Virus record (IMG/VR): IMGVR_UViG_3300045988_131275
Span: 96,001 to 160,000 of that record
Strand: one strand, 5' to 3'
From: a virus
DNA length: 64,000 bases
Notes under the pieces: model-generated
What the model was told of the DNA's origin: nothing
Seen by the model: only the letters and a program-made list of their open reading frames with translations
The model's database searches: none
Made by a program: the position numbers and the translations under genes
Shown: one piece after another, positions 34,826 to 44,086 of the stretch
How the letters are laid out: each line of letters starts with the position of its first letter
How positions within the stretch are numbered: position 1 is the stretch's first letter

Positions 34826-35368
34826 TCAATCAAAGATATATCTGATATTATCCAGATCAATCATAGTTCCATCGTCATTAATCCCTCTGAAAAAATTAAA
34901 CGAGTCACCTTTCATTAACTTTGCTGTTCTAGCAAACTTTTCTAAAATTTCCTTTGAAGCTTTATCATGCCCGTTTTCTGTCCAACAATCTGTTTCAATT
35001 CCACACCAACAAACTATTATATTTTTTGGAATACTTACATAAGGCTTAAATATTTCTGGAATTAAAATTCTCTTAATTTGTGAAGGAGTCACTTTCTCTG
35101 TGATATATTTTATGTAATCATCTTTATGTATTTCAATATCTGACATTTCATGCTCTGTTGCTGAACAATCTACTTCCAATAAAGCTGCGCCGTAGTTAGG
35201 AAATGAGTTTTGATTTTTAATGGGTGAAAATAGATATACAACAGATGTGCTATTATCACTACGTTTTCCATCACTCCAATTATTATTTCCGCATTCATTC
35301 ATGCTCAAAATTCCATTCTTACAAATGGATTCTAAGTCACAAATATCTACATTCTTATATAATATCAT
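34826..35368 (-). CDS. hypothetical protein
   Basis: 180-aa ORF. Confidence 0.55.
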   Translation of the reverse strand: MILYKNVDICDLESICKNGILSMNECGNNNWSDGKRSDNSTSVVYLFSPIKNQNSFPNYGAALLEVDCSATEHEMSDIEIHKDDYIKYITEKVTPSQIKRILIPEIFKPYVSIPKNIIVCWCGIETDCWTENGHDKASKEILEKFARTAKLMKGDSFNFFRGINDDGTMIDLDNIRYIFD

Positions 35369-35431
35369 AAGATTAACTCCTTCCGTTTTCTTCTATTATA
35401 TCATTCCTATTTCCAATTTGAAAGATACATT

Positions 35432-35725
35432 TCATGGTATATAATCAAATTCCGCTAAACCGCCACTATCCATCACATAAGCCTGTACAGCTTCGGTATA
35501 TGTTCCATCAAAATTTCCGTTCTCTGTATCATAATCACTAACATGATCTCCAATTTCTTCTTCATAGTATGAAAATATCATTGTGATTAAATTTTCCATT
35601 GATGTTTTTGGTGTATATCCCTGTTCTCTAATCCAGATTGCCATATAATCATAATCACATAATTTTTCTTTTGGATATGTACTATAATCTTTTTCCTCTG
35701 TCCATCTTCCGTATGTGTCTACCAT
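35432..35725 (-). CDS. hypothetical protein
   Basis: packed ORF. Confidence 0.5.
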   Translation of the reverse strand: MVDTYGRWTEEKDYSTYPKEKLCDYDYMAIWIREQGYTPKTSMENLITMIFSYYEEEIGDHVSDYDTENGNFDGTYTEAVQAYVMDSGGLAEFDYIP

Positions 35726-35726
35726 T

Positions 35727-35990
35727 CTAACAAACCTCCTTCAAAAATATGAATGTACAATACTGAGTATTATTTTTCTGATATCGTTTTAAATCTTTTA
35801 TTGTTCCGTTTCCAAAATTAAAAGCACTTTTAATTCTTTCTGGTGTCCAACATAAAAACCAACCATCATTATATTGTTTCTGTATTGTCTTTTTTGTTCC
35901 GTTGATTTCAATAGCTATACAATCATCTGGAATTTCATGTTTCCATTTCTCTAAATTAATCATTTTAATTTCCTCCCTATGCACAAACAC
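35727..35990 (-). CDS. hypothetical protein
   Basis: packed ORF, start uncertain. Confidence 0.5.
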   Translation of the reverse strand: MFVHREEIKMINLEKWKHEIPDDCIAIEINGTKKTIQKQYNDGWFLCWTPERIKSAFNFGNGTIKDLKRYQKNNTQYCTFIFLKEVC

Positions 35991-36483
35991 AACAATCTAA
36001 TACGTTCTTTAAACTTTCCAACTGATTCTCTGATTCTGTTCTTGCGTATTCATCCACATAGAACTGTTTTCTTTCCTGTCTGCATTCTTCCAGAATACCC
36101 TGTAACTTTATATCTGTACTGTTAATAATAACTATTTCCGCAGCTTCCCAATCCTCTACATCTTGCAATTCTCTTTCCGCTAAATAAACGTTATATAAGT
36201 CACGTTCCTGTAACTTCTGCTCTATATCATTGTCAGGGATAGGATCATCAATCCAATTCTGCATACAGAAATGTAACAATTCTATAGATTTTCCATTGTA
36301 TGTAGACATATGGAAACTATTTCCTCCGGCAATGTCATACCATGTGGTTATTTCTCCATTTGTATTTATTTCCACAATATAGCGCAACTGAGTATTCTCA
36401 ATTGCTTCTTTATACGCTTCGATTCCAGTGTTGATAATCTGTTCTTCATTCCGTTCTATTAACTCTAACCACTCATTCATCAT
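35977..36483 (-). CDS. hypothetical protein
   Basis: packed ORF. Confidence 0.55.
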   Translation of the reverse strand: MMNEWLELIERNEEQIINTGIEAYKEAIENTQLRYIVEINTNGEITTWYDIAGGNSFHMSTYNGKSIELLHFCMQNWIDDPIPDNDIEQKLQERDLYNVYLAERELQDVEDWEAAEIVIINSTDIKLQGILEECRQERKQFYVDEYARTESENQLESLKNVLDCCVCA

Positions 36484-36570
36484 GTTTACCTCCAGAAATT
36501 TTCCAACAAAAAAAAGGAATCCAGTTCAAACGGATTCCTTTAGTCATTCTCTGTTATTCTGTATTCTGTT

Positions 36571-36837
36571 TTAATTCCATTCATATCCATACTGATCACA
36601 ACCGCGTCCATAAAAATAACACTGATTACCTGCACATTGATGACCATGTATTAACCCAATTGATTCCTTATACCATTTTTGCATACAGACCATTTCAGAT
36701 TTTTTAGGTTTTCCATTCTTACAATAATTATCGTTATTATGCCTAAATTCTTTTTCTTCTTTTGTTAATGGTTTTTCTTCACAAATTTTATATCCGCCAA
36801 TATTAACCCATGTAATCCTATATCTTTTCTGAGACAT
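36571..36837 (-). CDS. hypothetical Cys/His-containing protein
   Basis: GGAGG RBS 8 nt before ATG. Confidence 0.55.
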   Translation of the reverse strand: MSQKRYRITWVNIGGYKICEEKPLTKEEKEFRHNNDNYCKNGKPKKSEMVCMQKWYKESIGLIHGHQCAGNQCYFYGRGCDQYGYEWN

Positions 36838-37142
36838 TTAATTTCCTCCAATTCTTCTATCTTATCCCACAAACTTCCATAATAATATGTGTTTAATGTT
36901 TCCAAAATCTCATATTGTATAATATTATAAGGATATACATTATCTTCATTATGAGATGTGATATCAGGTATAACCACACCTTTACGTTTCCATTCATTTT
37001 TGTCATATTCGCCCCATGTTTTATTAGCACAATCAACAAATAAATGTTCTACGTCGTCCCAATATATGTAAGCGATCGATTTACTTAATATTATCTTATT
37101 CTTATCAAATATCGTTCTTTCCGCTCTAACTAATGAATACAT
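36765..37142 (-). CDS. hypothetical protein
   Basis: Overlaps the downstream gene by 73 nt. Confidence 0.5.
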   Translation of the reverse strand: MYSLVRAERTIFDKNKIILSKSIAYIYWDDVEHLFVDCANKTWGEYDKNEWKRKGVVIPDITSHNEDNVYPYNIIQYEILETLNTYYYGSLWDKIEELEEIKCLRKDIGLHGLILADIKFVKKNH

Positions 37143-37157
37143 ATGTACCTCCTGTTC

Positions 37158-37376
37158 TCATATTCCATAGAAAATACTTTCTTTCCTATGCCTGTCTCTT
37201 TCAAAATCTTCTTTGACATAATTCCATCTTATAGCGTTTTCTATAGCGTTTAATTCGTCCATAGACAGCTTTTTGTTTCCGTTCCATATGTATATAGGAT
37301 CAACTTTAAACTTGATGTATTCAAGCGGTAAATCGTATTTTTCCGCTAATAGTTTATAGAATGTTCTTTTGTTCAT
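37158..37376 (-). CDS. hypothetical protein
   Basis: packed ORF. Confidence 0.5.
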   Translation of the reverse strand: MNKRTFYKLLAEKYDLPLEYIKFKVDPIYIWNGNKKLSMDELNAIENAIRWNYVKEDFERDRHRKESIFYGI

Positions 37377-37413
37377 AATATTTTAATTTCTTTCACATTC
37401 CATGTGATTCTTG

Positions 37414-37836
37414 TTAAATCATTATATAAGTTTCGCCTTCTCCCTCGTAATTGTTCGCTGCTTTTTCCGCGTCTTCCAGACTGGAGCAAACAGCTATTCT
37501 TTTATAACTCGGGATCTCGACTACTTCAATTTTCATCGGGGTTGTTTCCAAGGTGTCCACGAAGTCCGTCTGTACGAACTCGTTTTCGTCATCGTCAAAC
37601 TCGAACTCGTTTTCCTCAATCACATATTCCTCAACTGAGTAAAACGTCATATTGTGATTTTCAAACTTGCTGACGCTTGTCTTGCGTTTTGCAAGTTCCT
37701 TTTTAGCCTCTTCCAGATCGTCAAACGTTTTTATGTATTCAGGGGAAGGATCTAACGCTGTGCATCCTTCTTCAATGTTCTTTCTGTTTTTGTAGTTAAA
37801 TTCCGCTGTTCTTTTTACCAGATCATATTTTTTCAT
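37414..37836 (-). CDS. acidic hypothetical protein (GC-richer than neighbours)
   Basis: Asp/Glu-rich (EENEFEFDDDENEFVQTDF); local GC visibly higher. Confidence 0.55.
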   Translation of the reverse strand: MKKYDLVKRTAEFNYKNRKNIEEGCTALDPSPEYIKTFDDLEEAKKELAKRKTSVSKFENHNMTFYSVEEYVIEENEFEFDDDENEFVQTDFVDTLETTPMKIEVVEIPSYKRIAVCSSLEDAEKAANNYEGEGETYIMI

Positions 37837-37881
37837 GTTCTATTCCTCCATCACGTTCTAATCTTTATATTATTGATTATA

Positions 37882-38166
37882 TTACAATGCTTTTAATTTC
37901 ACAATACCATTATATATAGTAAATTTTCCATATACATAATTGTCTTGTGTAAAGTCATAGTCGTAAACGTGCCATAATTCTTCTGTATTACATTTCCATC
38001 TGTTTTCATTTAAAATATCACAAATTTTCTTTGCGCTTCTATCCGAAGCAAAGAAAGCATATGTTTTTGAATGTAAGTACTCTTTTCCTTTTACCGCCAT
38101 TGCAATTAATTTCATATTATTAATTCCTTCCTTATATAATATAATGCATTCTGTTTGATCGTTCAA
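37882..38166 (-). CDS. hypothetical protein
   Basis: Alternative start MKLIAMAV at 38115 has a better RBS. Confidence 0.5.
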   Translation of the reverse strand: MNDQTECIILYKEGINNMKLIAMAVKGKEYLHSKTYAFFASDRSAKKICDILNENRWKCNTEELWHVYDYDFTQDNYVYGKFTIYNGIVKLKAL

Positions 38167-38203
38167 TCGGCATACAGAAAGACTTCCGTATGCCTATCAG
38201 CGG

Positions 38204-38413
38204 TCAAACTTGATTGTATAAACGGTCAATCACTTTCATGATCTTCATCATCAAGCCGTATTCCGTCAGACCTTCCCACATGATAATAGAAGTCTTTCCG
38301 TTTACAGTAACAAACACGCTTTCTGATTCTTCTGAATACTCCACTGTTACACGCTTGTTATTTGTATATGGGTTTTCTTCTAACATTTCATTCATTTTTA
38401 TAATCCAGTTCAT
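38204..38413 (-). CDS. hypothetical protein
   Basis: packed ORF. Confidence 0.5.
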   Translation of the reverse strand: MNWIIKMNEMLEENPYTNNKRVTVEYSEESESVFVTVNGKTSIIMWEGLTEYGLMMKIMKVIDRLYNQV

Positions 38414-38434
38414 TTTTCTTTCCTCCCTTGTGAT

Positions 38435-38788
38435 TTAATGAACTTTCCAACATTGCCAATAATAATCTTCTTTTGTCGCAATTTCTTCCGCAATCATATC
38501 AGGATTAAACATTTGCGTTCTTCTGATAAAGTCTTCGTACTGTTCATTAAAATCATCACAATATGTGATTTCTTCTGATAAAATTCTACCATCATCACTC
38601 GCATATTCATAAATAACACTTGATTCATCACTATTGTACGTTTCCAAAAATTTATTAATTGTTCTGCCGTCTTCTGTTTCTATTAAATAATCTTGTAAAC
38701 ATTCTTTTGTAATTTTAAATTTTACTTCTCTTTCTACATCCAAAGTATCATCAATATTACAAATTTTTAATTCTACAAACTTATTCAT
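38435..38788 (-). CDS. hypothetical protein
   Basis: packed ORF. Confidence 0.55.
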   Translation of the reverse strand: MNKFVELKICNIDDTLDVEREVKFKITKECLQDYLIETEDGRTINKFLETYNSDESSVIYEYASDDGRILSEEITYCDDFNEQYEDFIRRTQMFNPDMIAEEIATKEDYYWQCWKVH

Positions 38789-38822
38789 ACCAGTTTACCT
38801 CCCGTTAAAATGCGAATTTCAT

Positions 38823-39074
38823 TTATAACATATCCGAAAATTCTTTCATTTTGGGATGTGTAAAACCAATGGTAACCAATGCGTTATAAATGCCTTCCGC
38901 ATAACTTATTCCGTCCTGGAATTTCCGAAAATATGTTTCTGCTGAAACTAAATCATTTTCTTTCTTATAACGTTCATATGCTTTCCAATCATCATTTGTA
39001 TCCTGATAGTTTCTAATTGCTTTAATTACTTCGTCAATAAGCTTTTCCGCTTTGTCTTTTTCCAATTTTGTCAT
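38823..39074 (-). CDS. hypothetical protein
   Basis: packed ORF. Confidence 0.5.
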   Translation of the reverse strand: MTKLEKDKAEKLIDEVIKAIRNYQDTNDDWKAYERYKKENDLVSAETYFRKFQDGISYAEGIYNALVTIGFTHPKMKEFSDML

Positions 39075-39091
39075 GATTTAATCTTCACCTC

Positions 39092-39334
39092 CTAAAATTC
39101 CGCTTTTCGTGTATTCTGATACTTTTCAGTGTATTCAAATTCAGGTTCACCGTAATAAAATCCTGTTACTTCTGTACTAATGCAACGATTTGTTTTCTTT
39201 TCGATTATATCCGACATAATAAAGGTTGCATCTGCTTCTGATGAATAACATCCATACACAACTTTTTTATATGCATCTGCTTCGCCTCCATCGTATGTAA
39301 TAGTTTTGTTTTTCTTATCTTTAATTATAAACAT
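39092..39334 (-). CDS. hypothetical protein
   Basis: packed ORF. Confidence 0.5.
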   Translation of the reverse strand: MFIIKDKKNKTITYDGGEADAYKKVVYGCYSSEADATFIMSDIIEKKTNRCISTEVTGFYYGEPEFEYTEKYQNTRKAEF

Positions 39335-39346
39335 ATTACTTCCTCC

Positions 39347-39697
39347 TTAAAATCCATACCATCCGTTATTATCTGCTATAAAATTTAGTTTGCTGTTTCT
39401 TTCACATATTCTTTTAAAATCCAAGTTTGGCTCACATGACCATCTATCAGCTATATATTTATCTGTTTCGTATATATCAAATCTAATTGCAGATTCTTCT
39501 TTTGATAAATCAACAAGTAATTTTTCACAATATTCTTTCGATATATCAGATACTAAATAACCTACGGAACATATTTTTCCACTAAGTTTAACTAAATCCC
39601 ACATGAAATGAATTTCTCCATCATGTTCTTGAATTATTGCAAAAGAAATTTTCATATTCTTTGATATTACATTTAAATATTTATTTATATCTTTCAT
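39347..39697 (-). CDS. hypothetical protein
   Basis: packed ORF. Confidence 0.55.
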   Translation of the reverse strand: MKDINKYLNVISKNMKISFAIIQEHDGEIHFMWDLVKLSGKICSVGYLVSDISKEYCEKLLVDLSKEESAIRFDIYETDKYIADRWSCEPNLDFKRICERNSKLNFIADNNGWYGF

Positions 39698-39699
39698 TG

Positions 39700-39909
39700 T
39701 TATTCTTTCTTCTTTCCTTCATAATCAAAAAATCTTATTAAATCTTGCTCTATATCGTACAACTCAAAATTTGATATTTCTATGTCTGTACATTCATCCT
39801 CTGTTATTGCATAGCGTTTAATTTCTCTTGCTACAAATTCAGCTAAAGCCTTTACAACCTCCTCTTTCCCTCTTATTCCTTTTCTTAATATCTTTTCATA
39901 ATTTGTCAT
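39700..39909 (-). CDS. hypothetical protein
   Basis: packed ORF. Confidence 0.5.
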   Translation of the reverse strand: MTNYEKILRKGIRGKEEVVKALAEFVAREIKRYAITEDECTDIEISNFELYDIEQDLIRFFDYEGKKKE

Positions 39910-39927
39910 TCTACAATTCCTCTCTTC

Positions 39928-40287
39928 CTATTGCACTGTTACTTCTCTTAGTTTCTCTGAAATGATTGTCTGTATTGCCGGATATACAGAACCCCATTCA
40001 TTGATTTCAAAATTTCCATATACGCATGATGTCATTTCGTTATTGTAAACCATTGAAACAATGTGTTGACGGCGAATTTTGTGACCATCATATTCTTGAT
40101 CAATTCTATCTTCTGTTCCGTCATCATACAGCATGTCGTAATATTCTTCTGGTTTAAAACCTTGTTGTAAATTCTCAATAAAACAGTCCAGATAATCCAG
40201 AAGATTCTTTCTTGTATCAAATTCCACTACGCTTGTACAATCAATACTTGGAATGATAAATTTCCTGTTTTCTTGTGCCTTTTTCAT
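39928..40287 (-). CDS. hypothetical protein
   Basis: packed ORF. Confidence 0.55.
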   Translation of the reverse strand: MKKAQENRKFIIPSIDCTSVVEFDTRKNLLDYLDCFIENLQQGFKPEEYYDMLYDDGTEDRIDQEYDGHKIRRQHIVSMVYNNEMTSCVYGNFEINEWGSVYPAIQTIISEKLREVTVQ

Positions 40288-40325
40288 ACTGTTCCCTCCC
40301 TTGAAATTGTACTTTTATCTGTTCT

Positions 40326-40499
40326 TTATTTCTCTAAACTGTTTAAATAGTTCCATACAGAACTGTTAAATTCGTTTCTTGATACGTCCATATCAGTAAA
40401 ATTCTTTTCCGATACGGCAGAAACATTATAACCGTTTCTGTTATCGTCTACGTGTATCACCTGTCCATCTTCAAAAATATTTATATTCAAGCCTTGCAC
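40326..40499 (-). CDS. hypothetical protein (57 aa, GTG start)
   Basis: Own translation VQGLNINIFEDGQVIHVDDNRNGYNVSAVSEKNFTDMDVSRNEFNSSVWNYLNSLEK; GAGGTGG RBS. Confidence 0.4.
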   Translation of the reverse strand: MQGLNINIFEDGQVIHVDDNRNGYNVSAVSEKNFTDMDVSRNEFNSSVWNYLNSLEK

Positions 40500-40681
40500 G
40501 TTTCCACCACCTCTCTGATATAATAGTCTTTCAGATAGTAACGACTTGAGCGTGGGTTATTACGCTTTATAACGTAACCTCTTCCATATCTTCCCTTATA
40601 AGGTTCTTTGATTTCTTTTCCTACTGGGATATATCCTCTATCGCTTGCAGTGTGGTGATAGTTGTATTTAATTTCTTTCAT
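40487..40681 (-). CDS. small basic protein
   Basis: Start moved to MKEIKYNY (AAGGTGG RBS). Confidence 0.5.
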   Translation of the reverse strand: MKEIKYNYHHTASDRGYIPVGKEIKEPYKGRYGRGYVIKRNNPRSSRYYLKDYYIREVVETCKA

Positions 40682-40695
40682 GCTTTCCACCTTCC

Positions 40696-41091
40696 TTACT
40701 GTATAAAGTCCCAACGTTCTATAACGTCGTCGTCATAATTTGAAAATGGATTATATACGCAATAAGTAATAATCAGATCGCCTTTTCTCGCCCCTTTTAC
40801 GCTTGCATATGAGATATAATAACCGCCATCGACAGGAGGATTGAGTACAGTTCCGTTCTTTTCATTATCAGTTACTTTTCCGATAATGCGTTCTATGTAC
40901 ATAACGTTATGATCTTTCCGTGTCGTAAGCATTTCCTCTGTTAAGTCGTTGCAATCAATGATTTTTACCATAGGTGCAGCTTTTACCGCTTCCGTGTATT
41001 CTGTAGCGTTTACAGGTGCGCTTGTTGTGTTTCCGATAACTGTTAAGGTTGCAAGTGTAGCAAGTAATACCTTCTTAATTCTGTTCTTCAT
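40696..41091 (-). CDS. secreted protein
   Basis: Signal peptide MKNRIKKVLLATLATLTVIGNTTSAPVNA. Confidence 0.6.
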   Translation of the reverse strand: MKNRIKKVLLATLATLTVIGNTTSAPVNATEYTEAVKAAPMVKIIDCNDLTEEMLTTRKDHNVMYIERIIGKVTDNEKNGTVLNPPVDGGYYISYASVKGARKGDLIITYCVYNPFSNYDDDVIERWDFIQ

Positions 41092-41118
41092 AATTGTTTC
41101 CACCTTTCTTATATATAA

Positions 41119-41280
41119 TTAATATCCTTTTGCAATGTAGTCTAAAAACATCCAAACAGGCATTGTAAACAGGAAGAAAGCGCAAATATATGTAAGTGCT
41201 TTCTTGATTTTCTGTTTACGTTCCTGTTTAAATACTGCTTTCCAATAGGCTCTTTCTTCTTTGTAAATAGTTCTTTCCAT
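41119..41280 (-). CDS. small membrane protein (53 aa)
   Basis: Own translation MERTIYKEERAYWKAVFKQERKQKIKKALTYICAFFLFTMPVWMFLDYIAKGY; GAGGGAG RBS; preferred over track ORF 41142..41360. Confidence 0.5.
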   Translation of the reverse strand: MERTIYKEERAYWKAVFKQERKQKIKKALTYICAFFLFTMPVWMFLDYIAKGY

Positions 41281-41386
41281 ATTAGTCTCCCTCTTTTCTT
41301 GTTGTGTTGTTTGCCATTATAAGCACTATAAAAGGCACGAATGATATAATTCCCATTCATGCCCTATTTAGTGATTATAAGTGTGC

Positions 41387-41740
41387 TTAACGTCTTTCAA
41401 ACGTATATTTACGGACAATTTTCGTTTCCTTGTCGGGCGAAATACTAATTGATACAATCGGAATATATCCTGCGATTGTATACGTCATCTCTACACGTTC
41501 ATAACCGCCTAAATTTTTGAAGAATGGGACAGCATCAAACACGTTGCAATAAAACTCTACACTTGTTTCTTTCTCTGTCTTTTCGGTTTCTTTCCAACGT
41601 GAACCAACTTTGTTGTATTCTGTTTTTGTTTCCGTGATTTTATATATGTTTTCAGTTCCATAAAGCCCTGAAATTTCTGGATATTTCTTTAAGAGTGCCT
41701 TATATGTATTTTTAAATTCTGTATATGTCATAGTTTCCAC
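41387..41740 (-). CDS. hypothetical protein
   Basis: packed ORF. Confidence 0.55.
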   Translation of the reverse strand: METMTYTEFKNTYKALLKKYPEISGLYGTENIYKITETKTEYNKVGSRWKETEKTEKETSVEFYCNVFDAVPFFKNLGGYERVEMTYTIAGYIPIVSISISPDKETKIVRKYTFERR

Positions 41741-41754
41741 CTGTTTAACCTTTC

Positions 41755-41925
41755 TTATTTAATCTCTGTGAACATCTCAATAGGTGCTGTTATAGTTGCA
41801 TCTTCACAAGTTGCGGAAATAACAATTTCTCCGTCCTTTGTGATTCTGTAGTTACCTGTATAAATGCATTCAATCGAATGCACTTTGTCGTTATTACCAT
41901 AAATAAGTTTCTGTCCTTTTGTCAT
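41755..41925 (-). CDS. hypothetical protein (56 aa)
   Basis: Own translation MTKGQKLIYGNNDKVHSIECIYTGNYRITKDGEIVISATCEDATITAPIEMFTEIK; GGAGG RBS. Confidence 0.5.
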   Translation of the reverse strand: MTKGQKLIYGNNDKVHSIECIYTGNYRITKDGEIVISATCEDATITAPIEMFTEIK

Positions 41926-41930
41926 GATGT

Positions 41931-42083
41931 TTACCTCCCCATCAAAGCGTTGATTGTTTCAACGTTCTTCAAAACCTGTTTACGTGTCTCTTCATACTGT
42001 TTTGACATTGCTTTAATTTCTGCAATGTCTTTCCTGATAGCTGTCGTATATGAATTTTTACGACGGAATAACTTTTTGAGCAT
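41931..42083 (-). CDS. hypothetical protein (50 aa)
   Basis: Own translation MLKKLFRRKNSYTTAIRKDIAEIKAMSKQYEETRKQVLKNVETINALMGR; GGAGG RBS. Confidence 0.5.
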   Translation of the reverse strand: MLKKLFRRKNSYTTAIRKDIAEIKAMSKQYEETRKQVLKNVETINALMGR

Positions 42084-42096
42084 TCTGTACACCTCC

Positions 42097-42378
42097 TCAC
42101 ATGCACCGACAAATCAAACCACCTCTTGTGCGGTTACGTTTCAGAGTTGCTAACTCTCTTTCAAGAGTGTTTGATCTTTCGATCAGGTCAACGGGCACAG
42201 ACTCCTGATTCCAGAAGTCATAGCAAGCGGAAATTTGACTTTCCACTTCTGAAAGTTCTTTCTCAAGAGTGTTGATGGTTGTATATTCTCCAAAATATTT
42301 AATCATGGCATATTCTCCTTTTCTTATTCTCTGTTTATAAGCATTACAAAAGGCACAACGTTTACTTTGTTGTGCCAT
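42097..42378 (-). CDS. hypothetical protein
   Basis: packed ORF. Confidence 0.5.
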   Translation of the reverse strand: MAQQSKRCAFCNAYKQRIRKGEYAMIKYFGEYTTINTLEKELSEVESQISACYDFWNQESVPVDLIERSNTLERELATLKRNRTRGGLICRCM

Positions 42379-42416
42379 CTCTAAAACCTATAACGCTTTT
42401 TTATAAAACATGGATT

Positions 42417-42986
42417 TCATCTTGTATAATATTTCTGGACGTTTATTGTGTCCTCTAAGTCACACATCTTACATCCCTTGACGTTTTCAAGTTCTTCTTT
42501 AATATCTACTGGAAAAGCAAGACTTTTGAAAGTCTCTTCACATTCTGCAAGAATTTGATTCTGAATCATATCTGGTAATTCACATACATATGTATGGGCT
42601 GTAATTTTTGTTATTTCGGTTTCAATCTCCTGTTCTTCCTGTTCATTATTATTTGAAAATCTAAAGAAATCACCTTCACCAAAATGTAAATCATACTCCC
42701 ATAATTTATGCAACTTACTTTCGTTTGGCTTACGATGGAAAACAAGTTCCCCGTCGTTATCGTCTGCCCATACGCTAAAGGAGCAACGTGTACCCTGTAA
42801 TGTAATGTACCAACCTTCTTTATAACAGGTTAATGTGCCATGCTCTAATATCCATGAGGAAGTTAATTCAAAGTTACGTTCTAAAGCGTTAATCAAAACA
42901 CACTTTTTATTTTCTGGCATTTCCTCTAATATCCATGTAACAATGTTTTTTAAATCTCTTTCAAATTTTGTTAAATCCTTAATCAT
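42417..42986 (-). CDS. hypothetical protein (first gene of minus-strand block)
   Basis: 189-aa ORF next to the divergent control region. Confidence 0.55.
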   Translation of the reverse strand: MIKDLTKFERDLKNIVTWILEEMPENKKCVLINALERNFELTSSWILEHGTLTCYKEGWYITLQGTRCSFSVWADDNDGELVFHRKPNESKLHKLWEYDLHFGEGDFFRFSNNNEQEEQEIETEITKITAHTYVCELPDMIQNQILAECEETFKSLAFPVDIKEELENVKGCKMCDLEDTINVQKYYTR

Positions 42987-43565
42987 TTTTAAATCCTCCT
43001 GTTATATTATGTATTCTCTTTTTGTTTTCATTTTTGCAAGCCATTGTATGAAGTCAATTCAAACACTTTCAACTACTACTCACTACTCAGGTACAAGCCT
43101 TTCATTTTTGCCCGTTAAATTTATGTCCTGTGCTTCAATGCCTTGCAAAGTCAAAACAAAAAAGTAAGTATTTAATTGATATAAGATCAACTCTGTACTT
43201 GCTTGAAAAAGTTTGGTCATCACAATCTTTTATTTATCTGACTTTTGACTGTCAGTGGAAATTATTATGTACAATCATGTGTATCATCACTCCTTTACTT
43301 ATAAGCTGTATATTTTTGTATACCGTAATTGCCAACGGTTGAGTGCTCCACTCATTTTTATACTTGCTTTTGTAATCGGTTTACTTTTTGCAAGTGAGAT
43401 ACATTTGTATTACGGGAGTGTCTCCCCCGATTTTTAATTTTGATATACCAGATAAAATTATCTAAAGAACTGGTATGGTATAGGCGATACCGCTATATTC
43501 AATTTTTAATTTTGCCTTATGTATCAACTTGTGTCAGATTATAAAACTTACATTAAGATATAGGA

Positions 43566-43615
43566 CTTATTGACTCTGCCTGTATCATATTTTTAATGGT
43601 CTTATTGACTCTGCC
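43566..43615. repeat. two perfect 15-bp direct repeats CTTATTGACTCTGCC (43566-43580, 43601-43615)
   Basis: Read directly; 35-bp spacing. Confidence 0.8.
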
Positions 43616-43673
43616 ATTAAAAACTGTATTTTGTTTTTTATCTCTGTCCCTCTGTTGATGGTATTACTATATC

Positions 43674-43763
43674 ATAGGGTACCCTATTAGTCAATAGGTT
43701 ACCCTATGATTTTTTATGTTTGTGAATTGTGTATAATTTACATATTTATATAGGGTACCCTAT
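43674..43763. promoter_or_regulatory. three operator-like 14-bp palindromes ATAGGGTACCCTAT (43674-43687 perfect, 43694-43707 one mismatch, 43750-43763 perfect)
   Basis: Read directly; first two are 20 bp apart centre to centre. Confidence 0.6.
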
Positions 43764-43795
43764 TAGTACAATATACACAAATGTCAATAGAAAAG

Positions 43796-43824
43796 TTGAC
43801 AGGATAAAGCTATAATGTTAATAT
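43796..43824 (+). promoter_or_regulatory. sigma-70-type promoter TTGACA-17-TAATAT for the plus-strand block
   Basis: Hand-counted spacer; 70 nt upstream of the 43894 ATG. Confidence 0.5.
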
Positions 43825-43893
43825 GTAATACTACTCTTACACCAAAATAAAAAGAGAATTATTACATATATAAATAAAGGAAGGTGTAAGAAT

Positions 43894-44082
43894 ATGGCAT
43901 ATAGCCCAAAATCACAAAAAGATTATAATGATAGATGTACAGTTGTAAAACTTAAATATACACCAGAAGAAACGGAAGAATGTGCAAGAATGAAACGGTA
44001 TGCAAAAGATAATAACATACCAATGAGCGTATATATTAAGAAGCTAATACAGGATGATCTTGACAGAAAAGGTTATAAATAA
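43894..44082 (+). CDS. ribbon-helix-helix-like small protein
   Basis: ...CTVVKLKYTPEETEECARMKRYAKDNNIPMSVYIKKLIQDDL resembles RHH/MobC-like fold (weak); AAGGAAGGTG RBS. Confidence 0.55.
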   Translation: MAYSPKSQKDYNDRCTVVKLKYTPEETEECARMKRYAKDNNIPMSVYIKKLIQDDLDRKGYK

Positions 44083-44086
44083 ATAT

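Noticed and set aside
41142-41360. Track ORF of 72 aa
   Set aside because: An alternative 53-aa ORF in another frame (41119..41280) has a strong RBS and a plausible membrane-protein sequence. The 72-aa translation is basic low-complexity sequence without an RBS.
43413-43440. Plus-strand terminator-like hairpin GGGAG-tgt-CTCCC plus T-run, and another at about 43340-43365
   Set aside because: The stems are only 5 bp and no convincing upstream plus-strand promoter was found. Too weak to annotate as sRNA genes.
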